DNA of 24,563 bases from Patescibacteria group bacterium (GTDB taxonomy: Bacteria; Patescibacteriota; Patescibacteriia; Buchananbacterales; UBA6539). Location: NCBI GenBank assembly GCA_035289505.1, contig DATDWV010000062.1:1-24563 (forward strand), given 5' to 3'. The notes below the pieces were generated by a model, which was not told the origin of the DNA, made no database searches, and saw only the letters and a program-made list of their open reading frames with translations. Every line of letters begins with the position of its first letter. Position 1 is the stretch's first letter. A program made the position numbers and the translations under genes. This document shows positions 17,844 through 24,563 of the stretch, piece after piece.

Positions 17844-18594
17844 GGCAAAACCAGCATTACATTTTCAAAGATTTGAATTTAAATACTATTTACCAAAAAA
17901 TACCGCTAATAAATTAATTCCGGCTTTATTAAGCCATATGAGCTGGGATCCTTATATTAAAAATTCCAGTTATGATTTTTATCAGGTTAATAGTTTATAT
18001 TTTGATAGCCCGAATTATGGTTGTTTTTGGGACAAAGAAAGCGGTTTAGCCGATCGGAAAAAATTAAGACTGCGTTTTTATAACCAATTGTCCGATAGCG
18101 AAAGTCCGATTTTTTTGGAAGTTAAAAGGAAAAAAGACGCATTGGTTATTAAAGACCGAATTCCGTTGGAATTAAAAGATGCGGCCAACGGCGTTTTAGA
18201 TAGTAAATTGTCCAGTTTGGCAAAGCAGAATGAAAGCAATGATTTTTTAAAAGAATTGATTTGGTTTAAAAAGAGTAATTCTTTAAGACCAAAACTTTTC
18301 GTCACTTATAAACGCCAGGCTTTAATCGGCAAATTGGATAAGAAATTTCGGGTCACTTTTGATTATGACGTTAAAACCCAACTAATTAGTAGCTTGGTTC
18401 ATCCATTAAATAAATTAAAAGAAGTTTATCCCGAAGGCGTGGTTTTGGAATTAAAATATAATAACATTTTGCCCTTTTGGTTTCAAGAAATTATTCAGAA
18501 ATATCAATTGCAACGTTTAGCTTATTCAAAATATTGTAATTCATTACGCCGGGTTTTGCCCCAGCTTGATGATCATAATTATTCAGTAATTTAA
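17842..18594 (+). CDS. VTC-domain (polyphosphate polymerase domain, CYTH/triphosphate-tunnel fold) protein
   Basis: RFEFKY (ExK), SLYFDS, KLRLRFY, FLEVKRK, YKRQA, RVTFD, VLELKY and YSKY: the motif series of the Vtc4-like catalytic domain, without SPX or TM domains. Confidence 0.9.
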   Translation: MAKPALHFQRFEFKYYLPKNTANKLIPALLSHMSWDPYIKNSSYDFYQVNSLYFDSPNYGCFWDKESGLADRKKLRLRFYNQLSDSESPIFLEVKRKKDALVIKDRIPLELKDAANGVLDSKLSSLAKQNESNDFLKELIWFKKSNSLRPKLFVTYKRQALIGKLDKKFRVTFDYDVKTQLISSLVHPLNKLKEVYPEGVVLELKYNNILPFWFQEIIQKYQLQRLAYSKYCNSLRRVLPQLDDHNYSVI

Positions 18595-18603
18595 TAAAAT
18601 TTT

Positions 18604-19290
18604 ATGTTTGAAACATTATTCCAAGTGACTCCGAATACTGGGTCATTAAGTTTAATTCACATTCTCATTACTTTAGTTTTGTCTTTAATCCTTTCTTTAA
18701 TTATCGCTTGGATTTATAAAACCACTCACCGCGGCATTTCTTATTCCCAATCTTTTGTTTTTACCTTGGTCTTAATTGGGGTTTTAATTTCAGTGATTAT
18801 GATGATTATTGGCAATAGCTTAGCCATTGCTTTTGGCGCCTTTGGCGCTTTTTCTTTAATTCGTTTTCGCACCGCAATTAAAGACGCCAAAGATATCGCT
18901 TTTATTTTGTTAGTCGTGGCTATGGGTTTATCCGTTGGCACGAGAAATTATTTAATCGCCGTTTTAACCACAATTTTTTGCGCCTCGGTAATTTATATTT
19001 TAACTAAGATTAATTTTGGTTCAATTAGAAAATACGACTATTTATTGAGTTTTTTGGCGGATTCGCAAAAATTTAATGTGGAAAATCTGCGTTCAGTTTT
19101 TGCCGAATTTTTGAAATATGACAATTTATTGAATGTTTCTGCCAAAGAAAACGGCCGGATTTTAAATTACACTTTTAACATTAAATTTATTAAAGCGGCG
19201 GAAATTGAAAAATTTATTAATAAGTTAAATCAATTAGAAGGAATTTCCGACATTGATGTCATCAGCGCCAAAAATGACATTGAATATTAA
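18604..19290 (+). CDS. DUF4956 family membrane protein
   Basis: Several TM helices with GNSLAIAFGAFGAFSLIRFRTAIKDAKD and MGLSVG, followed by a soluble C-terminal domain with an ACT-like alternating pattern; adjacent to the VTC gene. Confidence 0.88.
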   Translation: MFETLFQVTPNTGSLSLIHILITLVLSLILSLIIAWIYKTTHRGISYSQSFVFTLVLIGVLISVIMMIIGNSLAIAFGAFGAFSLIRFRTAIKDAKDIAFILLVVAMGLSVGTRNYLIAVLTTIFCASVIYILTKINFGSIRKYDYLLSFLADSQKFNVENLRSVFAEFLKYDNLLNVSAKENGRILNYTFNIKFIKAAEIEKFINKLNQLEGISDIDVISAKNDIEY

Positions 19291-20072
19291 TGGGCTTTAT
19301 TAAAAATTTTATTTATTTCTTAATTATTATTCTGGACAGGATATGGCCCAAGAAAGCCATTCCTGTTTTGTTATATCATTCAATTAGTGATGATGGTAGC
19401 CGTTTATCGGTTAATAAGAAAAATTTTGAAAAACAGTTGAATTTTTTAAGTAAAAATGGTTACCAGTCGATGGGGCCAGATGAACTTTATCAATGCTTGA
19501 ACCAGGGCCAGGTGCCAAATAAAAAAATTATTATTACCTTTGATGATGGTTATCAGGATAATTACACGCAAGCTCTTCCAATATTAAAAAAGTATAATTT
19601 TTCGGCAATAATTTTTATCGCGACAAAATTTATTGGTCAAAAAGCCAGTTTTGCGACTGATAAAATTAATCAGGATAAAAAAATTTTAGACTTTAACGAA
19701 ATCAAAGATTTAGCCGAAGAGGGGATAATTATTAGCAATCACTTTCATTCTCATTTGCCCTTGACTGGATTAAATAAAGAACAAATTACTAATGAATATC
19801 ACACCGCTCAGAATATTTTAAAAAATTTTAATCATCGGAATATTCATCCGGAAATTGTCGCCTATCCGAAAAATCGCGTCAACCAAGAGATTATAAATTG
19901 TTTAAAGAACCTTAACGTCTTACTTGGCTTCAGCGGCAGCAATAAAGCGATTAATAAAAGTGACTTTCGTTTAAATTTAAGCCGCATTGAAATTTATCAA
20001 TCAGATTCCATCTTAAAATTTTCCGCCAAATTAACGGCTTATTATTCTCTTTTCAAAATTAAAAAATTATGA
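19290..20072 (+). CDS. Polysaccharide deacetylase (CE4/NodB domain, IcaB/PgaB-like)
   Basis: LLYHSI, ITFDDGY (motif 1), NHFHSH (metal-binding His pair), AYP, LSRIEI; TAATG overlap with DUF4956. Confidence 0.88.
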   Translation: MGFIKNFIYFLIIILDRIWPKKAIPVLLYHSISDDGSRLSVNKKNFEKQLNFLSKNGYQSMGPDELYQCLNQGQVPNKKIIITFDDGYQDNYTQALPILKKYNFSAIIFIATKFIGQKASFATDKINQDKKILDFNEIKDLAEEGIIISNHFHSHLPLTGLNKEQITNEYHTAQNILKNFNHRNIHPEIVAYPKNRVNQEIINCLKNLNVLLGFSGSNKAINKSDFRLNLSRIEIYQSDSILKFSAKLTAYYSLFKIKKL

Positions 20073-20812
20073 TTTTTGAAAAGCGGGTGCTTTGGTTTAA
20101 AACGATCAGATATGCTTTAGAACCCTGGCCCGATCTAGAAAAATTAAAAAAAAATTACGCGGCAATTTATTTGGTTAGTTATGAAAAAAAAGATTTGCCC
20201 GGTTTTTCTGTTAAAATTAAGGAAACGCCGATTATTTATCTCAACAGAAAAATTGAGGAGGTTTTCAATAGTTTTAATGAAACCACCAGAAATGAAATCA
20301 GGCGAACTTTTGACGATAAAATTCCCGGCTTAAAAATTATTGCTGACGATCAGAATTTAGACGCTAATTATCAATTAAGTAAAAAGTTTGAATACCAGCA
20401 GGGGAGAGTGCCGGAAAAAATTTCAATGTATCGCGGCTGCCGCTTATTTTCCGCTTATTTAGACGGGGAGATAATTTCCAGCATCATTTGTTACGATAAT
20501 AATCAAATTTTGCGCGCCAAAGCGATTTGTTCTAAAAGATTAACTGTTGAAGACAGGGAGACTTACAAAATTATTTCTTATGCCACGCGCCGCTTGATTT
20601 ATGAAGCTTGCCAGTGGGGGATTAAAAATAATTATCAATGTTTTGATTTAGGCTCAGTTAATTTTGCCAAGGAAAATTTAGCCCAGTTTAAATTAAGTTT
20701 TACCAAGGATTTAGTTACAGAATACACGTATACTTATAAAAGCCAATGGTTTGAACTTTTGGCCAGTGGGGTTTTTATAAAAAAAATACTAAAAAAGCTG
20801 CTTAAGCTTTAG
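20069..20812 (+). CDS. FemAB/GNAT-like acyl- or aminoacyl-transferase domain protein
   Basis: IYLNRKIEEVFNSFNETTRNEIRR, YEACQWGIKNNYQCFDLGSV and LAQFKLSF resemble the FemAB-type/BioF2-like GNAT pattern; ATGA overlap with the upstream gene. Confidence 0.6.
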   Translation: MIFEKRVLWFKTIRYALEPWPDLEKLKKNYAAIYLVSYEKKDLPGFSVKIKETPIIYLNRKIEEVFNSFNETTRNEIRRTFDDKIPGLKIIADDQNLDANYQLSKKFEYQQGRVPEKISMYRGCRLFSAYLDGEIISSIICYDNNQILRAKAICSKRLTVEDRETYKIISYATRRLIYEACQWGIKNNYQCFDLGSVNFAKENLAQFKLSFTKDLVTEYTYTYKSQWFELLASGVFIKKILKKLLKL

Positions 20813-20845
20813 CTATCATTTTTTTTCGTGGATTATTTAGAATAA

Positions 20846-20876
20846 CTTAATTTTTGCTAAATTAAGCTATTTTTTT
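20846..20876 (+). terminator. Possible weak intrinsic terminator
   Basis: CTTAATTT-ttgct-AAATTAAG 8-bp stem (20846-20866), followed 3 nt later by T7 (20870-20876). The stem is AT-rich, so weak. Confidence 0.3.
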
Positions 20877-20882
20877 ATTCAC

Positions 20883-20922
20883 TTTGATATCTATTGACAC
20901 CTAGTGATACTTAAAGATATAA
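20883..20922 (+). repeat. Four imperfect direct repeats with a 10-bp period over the promoter
   Basis: tttGAtAtct / attGAcAcct / agtGAtActt / aaaGAtAtaa at 20883, 20893, 20903 and 20913. Confidence 0.6.
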
Positions 20923-20923
20923 T
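20894..20923 (+). promoter_or_regulatory. Consensus sigma70 promoter upstream of the HTH gene
   Basis: Exact TTGACA (20894-20899) and exact TATAAT (20918-20923) with an 18-bp spacer. A second TATAAT lies at 20962-20967. Confidence 0.75.
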
Positions 20924-20978
20924 ATTAATATTGAAATTTCTTAATTAATTCTCTATTTTACTATAATTAAAGGTCAAT

Positions 20979-21227
20979 ATGGATCAAGAAATTAAGCCAA
21001 ATAGCGTTTATACCACGACTGAAGCTCAGGAGTTGCTTAAGGTCAGCGGCAGTACGATGAAACGGATGCTTAAAAAAGGCTTGCTCCGGGCCAATAAAGT
21101 CGGTCATCAATACCGGATTTTAGGCAAAGAGATTTTACGGCTAGTTTCGCCGGAAGTTGAGCAAAAGGCGGTAAAATCTTATCTGAAGCTGAAAGAAAAA
21201 ATCGTTGATAAAATTAATCAGTGGTAA
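20979..21227 (+). CDS. Small MerR-superfamily/excisionase-like helix-turn-helix DNA-binding protein (HTH_17 type)
   Basis: YTTTEAQELLKVSGSTMKRMLKKGLLRANKVGHQYRI matches the 'lT..EaA..L.vs..T..r.i..G.l.a.kvG..wRI' pattern; C-terminal amphipathic helix. Confidence 0.85.
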   Translation: MDQEIKPNSVYTTTEAQELLKVSGSTMKRMLKKGLLRANKVGHQYRILGKEILRLVSPEVEQKAVKSYLKLKEKIVDKINQW

Positions 21228-21239
21228 GGCGTTAAATTT

Positions 21240-23027
21240 ATGAATTTTGCCAACAATCGACTTTTTAAAATTGTCTACCTTGCCCAAAAAGCATTTTTTG
21301 AATATAAATGGCAAATTGTTTTATTAACTGTTTTAGGTTTAATTGGGGCGAGTCTTGAAGGCATCGGTGTTAACGCTTTGATTCCTTTATTTTCTTTTGC
21401 CATAGAAGACGGTCAGACCAGCAATAATTTAATTTCTCAATTAACAAAAGGTTTTTTTGATTTTTTTAATTTAAATTTTAACGTCAGCTTTTTATTATTT
21501 TTTATCATCACTCTTTTTATTTTAAAAGCTTTAATTAATTTATTAATCGCTTTTATCAAAATCAATATTACTTCTGATTATGAAGCAAAAACTAGAAGTC
21601 GGCTTTTTACTAAAATTTTAAATTCTTCTTGGCCCCACCTGCTTAAACAAAAATCGGGTCATTTGGAGACAATCTTAATGCTTGATGTGCCGGCCAGTTC
21701 AAGCCTTTTAGAGCAAATCAGCGGCGCGATAATTGTTTTTGGCAGTTTATTAATTTATATTATTGTTGCTTTAAATATTTCTTTGCCCATTACTTTAATT
21801 ACGATTATTTTGGGTGCGATTTTATTTTTGACAATTAAGCCAGTCATTTATAAAACAAAAAAGGTCGCTTATGAGCGAACCCAAGCTAATAAAGAAATTG
21901 GCCATCATATTAGTGAAAATTTGAGCGGCATTAAAGCTGTTAAAGTTTTGGCAGCTGAGATGGGGATTATTACTAGAGCCAATGATTATTTTGAGAAATT
22001 AAAAAAATTATGGGTGAGAAGTCTGATGTTAAAGACTTTAAGTGCCGTTTTTATTGAGCCTTTAAGCTTAATTTTTATTTGTTTGGTTTTTATCTTTAAT
22101 TATAGCTCGCCGAATTTTAACTTGGCGGTTCTAATCGCTATTGTTTATTTAATTCACCGGATTTTTATTTATTTTCAGCAATTGCAGCGGAATTTACAGA
22201 CAATTTTAGATTTATTCCCTCACTTGCAAAGTATCATCAAATATGAGGGACAAGCGATAGATAATTTTGAGCGAAACGGCGGGGATAAAAAGTTTGCATT
22301 TAACCAAAATCTAAAATTTGAAAATGTTAATTTTGCTTATTTTGAAAATAAACCAATTTTAAATAATCTTAATTTGAAAATTAATAAAGGTGAAATGATT
22401 GGTTTGATCGGCCCGTCGGGCTCCGGTAAAACCACTTTAGTTGATTTAATTTTGCGGCTTTTTCAGCCAAGTGCCGGAAAAATTTATTTAGACGGAATTG
22501 ATATTTCCGAAATTAATTTAAAAGAATGGCGCGATCATGTCGGCTATGTTTCCCAAGAATTATTTTTAATTAATGACACCGTGGCTAATAATATCAGATT
22601 TTATAACAAAATTTTAATCGATCAAGATATCGCTGAAGCGGCAAAAATGGCTAATATTTATGAATTTATTCAGACTTTGCCGAATAAATTTGAAACCATA
22701 ATCGGCGAACGAGGAATTTTAATTTCCGCCGGTCAAAGACAGCGCATTGTTATTGCCCGAATTTTAGCCCGAAAACCGCAGCTATTGATTTTAGACGAAG
22801 CGACTTCGGCGCTGGATAATAAATCTGAAGCCAAAATTCAAAAAGTCATTGAAAATCTGAAAGGTAAAATCACGGTTTTGATTATTGCCCATCGTTTATC
22901 CACAATTACGGACGCGGATAAATTATTGGTTTTGGATAATGGTGGAATTATTGAGCAAGGCACGCCAGCTGATCTTTTGAAAGATAAAAACACTTATTTT
23001 TATAAGGTTTATAATATTACCGCTTAG
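21240..23027 (+). CDS. ABC exporter with fused TMD-NBD (MsbA/PglK-like; candidate lipid-linked glycan flippase)
   Basis: N-terminal TM helices; Walker A GPSGSGKT; Q-loop VSQE; signature ISAGQRQR; Walker B LILDEATSALD; IAHRLS. The flippase role is inferred from context. Confidence 0.88.
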   Translation: MNFANNRLFKIVYLAQKAFFEYKWQIVLLTVLGLIGASLEGIGVNALIPLFSFAIEDGQTSNNLISQLTKGFFDFFNLNFNVSFLLFFIITLFILKALINLLIAFIKINITSDYEAKTRSRLFTKILNSSWPHLLKQKSGHLETILMLDVPASSSLLEQISGAIIVFGSLLIYIIVALNISLPITLITIILGAILFLTIKPVIYKTKKVAYERTQANKEIGHHISENLSGIKAVKVLAAEMGIITRANDYFEKLKKLWVRSLMLKTLSAVFIEPLSLIFICLVFIFNYSSPNFNLAVLIAIVYLIHRIFIYFQQLQRNLQTILDLFPHLQSIIKYEGQAIDNFERNGGDKKFAFNQNLKFENVNFAYFENKPILNNLNLKINKGEMIGLIGPSGSGKTTLVDLILRLFQPSAGKIYLDGIDISEINLKEWRDHVGYVSQELFLINDTVANNIRFYNKILIDQDIAEAAKMANIYEFIQTLPNKFETIIGERGILISAGQRQRIVIARILARKPQLLILDEATSALDNKSEAKIQKVIENLKGKITVLIIAHRLSTITDADKLLVLDNGGIIEQGTPADLLKDKNTYFYKVYNITA

Positions 23028-23048
23028 AAAATAATTATAAAATATATT

Positions 23049-24032
23049 ATGTCAATTTTAGACCACAAAGCAATTTTAGTCACCGGCGGAACCGGTTCTT
23101 TCGGGAAAAATTTTATTAGATATCTTTTGGCAAATACCGCTGCCAAAAAAGTTATCGTTTTCAGCCGTGATGAATTAAAGCAGTCACAAATGGCTCATGA
23201 ATTTAATGATGAAAGACTGCGCTTTTTTATCGGCGACGTCCGGGATTTGCCACGATTGCAGCGGGCTTTTGCCGGTGTGGATATTGTCGTTCACGCCGCG
23301 GCCTTAAAACACGTGCCAATTCTGGAATATAATCCTTACGAAGCCGTTAAAACTAATATTTTAGGCAGCCAAAATGTGATTGAGGCGGGGATTGACCAAA
23401 AAGTCCAAAAAATCCTTTTGGTCTCAACGGATAAAGCGGTTCAGCCGATTAATCTGTACGGTTCAACCAAGCTTTGCGCGGAAAAATTGTTTATTGCCGG
23501 CAATTCGTACGCGGCCGGCCAGACTAAATTTAGCGCTGTTCGTTACGGCAATGTTTTAGGCAGTCGCGGCAGTATTGTTGAATCATTGTTAAACCATAAC
23601 GGCCAAGATGAAGTAAAAATTACCGACGAAAATATGACTCGCTTTTGGATTACTCTGCCGCAGAGTTTTTCGTTAGTGATGTTTGCCTTAGAACAAATGG
23701 CTGGTGGAGAAATTTTTGTGCCTAAAATTCCGTCAATGAAATTAGTTGATTTGTTTGACGCGGTGGTGCCGGAATACAAAAGAAAAGTCATTGGTATTCG
23801 GCCGGGTGAAAAAATGCATGAAACTTTATTAACCGAAGATGAATCACGGCACGCTTATGAATTAGAAAAATATTATGTAGTTTTGCCCGAGTTTGAATTA
23901 GGACGAATTTTGGAGGAGAAATATAAAAAATTGGGAAAAACTTTGCCGCTTAGATTCCGCTATAGCAGTGACACTAATGCTGAATGGCTTACTAAAAATC
24001 AGCTTAATTTATTGATTAATAATAAAAAGTGA
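23049..24032 (+). CDS. pseB: UDP-N-acetylglucosamine 4,6-dehydratase (inverting), PseB/FlaA1 family
   Basis: TGGTGSFG, FSRDELKQ, HAAALKHVP..EYNP.EAVKTNILG, STDKAV.PINLYGSTK, RYGNVLGSRGS, TRFWITL, GIRPGEKMHE. Confidence 0.88.
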   Translation: MSILDHKAILVTGGTGSFGKNFIRYLLANTAAKKVIVFSRDELKQSQMAHEFNDERLRFFIGDVRDLPRLQRAFAGVDIVVHAAALKHVPILEYNPYEAVKTNILGSQNVIEAGIDQKVQKILLVSTDKAVQPINLYGSTKLCAEKLFIAGNSYAAGQTKFSAVRYGNVLGSRGSIVESLLNHNGQDEVKITDENMTRFWITLPQSFSLVMFALEQMAGGEIFVPKIPSMKLVDLFDAVVPEYKRKVIGIRPGEKMHETLLTEDESRHAYELEKYYVVLPEFELGRILEEKYKKLGKTLPLRFRYSSDTNAEWLTKNQLNLLINNKK

Positions 24033-24034
24033 TT

Positions 24035-24532
24035 ATGGCTTATCGTTTTTGTTCAATTTGTGGCGGCCGATTAAAAAATCGAAAAGACGGCAACTTATCT
24101 TGCCAAAAATGTGACTTTGTGAATTATCGAAATCCCCGACCAACCGCCACGGGAATAGTTTTATGCAAAAATAAATTGCTTTTGACTAAACGGGCGGGCA
24201 ATCCGTTTAAAGGCTGGTGGGATTTTCCCGGCGGGTTTATTGACCGGGGGGAAAAGGCCGAAAAAACTTTAGTCCGCGAGCTAAAAGAAGAAACCGGTTT
24301 AAAAATTAAAATTAAAAAATTTTTTGGCACTTACAGCGGGACTTATCCCTCAAAACTGGATCCGTTTTTCGTCTTAACGGTTGTGTTTATCGCCGATAGT
24401 AACCAAGAAAAACTGGAAGCCAATGACGACGTTTCAGCGAGTCAATGGTTTGCTAAAAAACATCTGCCTAAAAAAATTGCTTTTGATTCCAATCAGAAGA
24501 TTATTAAAGATTTTTTAAAAATATGGAAATAA
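24035..24532 (+). CDS. NUDIX hydrolase with an N-terminal zinc ribbon
   Basis: CSICGG...CQKC zinc ribbon; complete Nudix box GFIDRGEKAEKTLVRELKEETGL (Gx5Ex7REUxEExGU). ATG 24035 is preferred over GTG 24029. Confidence 0.9.
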   Translation: MAYRFCSICGGRLKNRKDGNLSCQKCDFVNYRNPRPTATGIVLCKNKLLLTKRAGNPFKGWWDFPGGFIDRGEKAEKTLVRELKEETGLKIKIKKFFGTYSGTYPSKLDPFFVLTVVFIADSNQEKLEANDDVSASQWFAKKHLPKKIAFDSNQKIIKDFLKIWK

Positions 24533-24563
24533 AAGATTTTAGTTATTATTTTGATTTAAGCGA
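24523..24563 (+). CDS. Possible start of the next gene (MEIKDFSYYFDLS...), 3'-truncated by the window edge
   Basis: ATG preceded by T and overlapping the NUDIX stop by 10 nt (the same geometry as 13067/13076). The frame is open to the window end, but only 13 codons are visible. Confidence 0.35.
   Translation, partial: MEIKDFSYYFDLS

Noticed and set aside
1098-20786. A8/A9/T8 homopolymer runs (e.g. 1098, 7363, 8213, 12387, 20146, 20779) as phase-variation tracts
   Set aside because: Runs of this length are expected at this AT content; all frames are intact and there are no poly-G/C tracts.
20979-21227. HTH gene as a prophage/ICE excisionase marking a mobile element
   Set aside because: No integrase, att-like repeats or other mobility genes in the window; context favours a resident regulator.
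1949-24330. All minus-strand ORFs in the track and the alternative-frame plus-strand ORFs (3894-4355, 8156-8359, 15618-15839)
   Set aside because: Each lies wholly inside a well-supported gene, is short, and has no recognisable motif; treated as shadow ORFs.

Overview
AT-rich bacterial window in which every credible gene is on the + strand and tightly packed, with many stop/start overlaps. Start contexts without Shine-Dalgarno sites and the gene set suggest a Patescibacteria/CPR-like genome (inference). Bases 1-13076 are a surface-glycan biosynthesis block: a 5'-truncated UDP-HexNAc 6-dehydrogenase, six GT4 glycosyltransferases, a GDP-mannose 4,6-dehydratase-family enzyme, an SDR epimerase, an orphan GT-A-like protein and a GT2 + GT-C fusion. 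Embedded in it (13067-20812) is the most unusual module: two membrane-anchored CotH-family kinases (one with a C-terminal beta-helix, both with His where the catalytic-loop Asp is expected), a VTC polyphosphate-polymerase-domain protein, a DUF4956 membrane protein, a CE4 deacetylase and a FemAB/GNAT-like protein. This is a candidate polyphosphate-fuelled surface phosphorylation/modification system. A consensus promoter overlaid by four 10-bp-phased repeats then precedes a small Xis/BldC-like HTH gene, an ABC exporter (candidate glycan flippase), pseB and a zinc-ribbon NUDIX. Non-coding structure includes a 30-bp GC-rich double hairpin inserted in frame in a GT4 gene, a 4 x 7-bp tandem repeat inside another GT4, and alternative stems that can cover the VTC start codon. 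No rRNA, tRNA, CRISPR array or transposase was seen.
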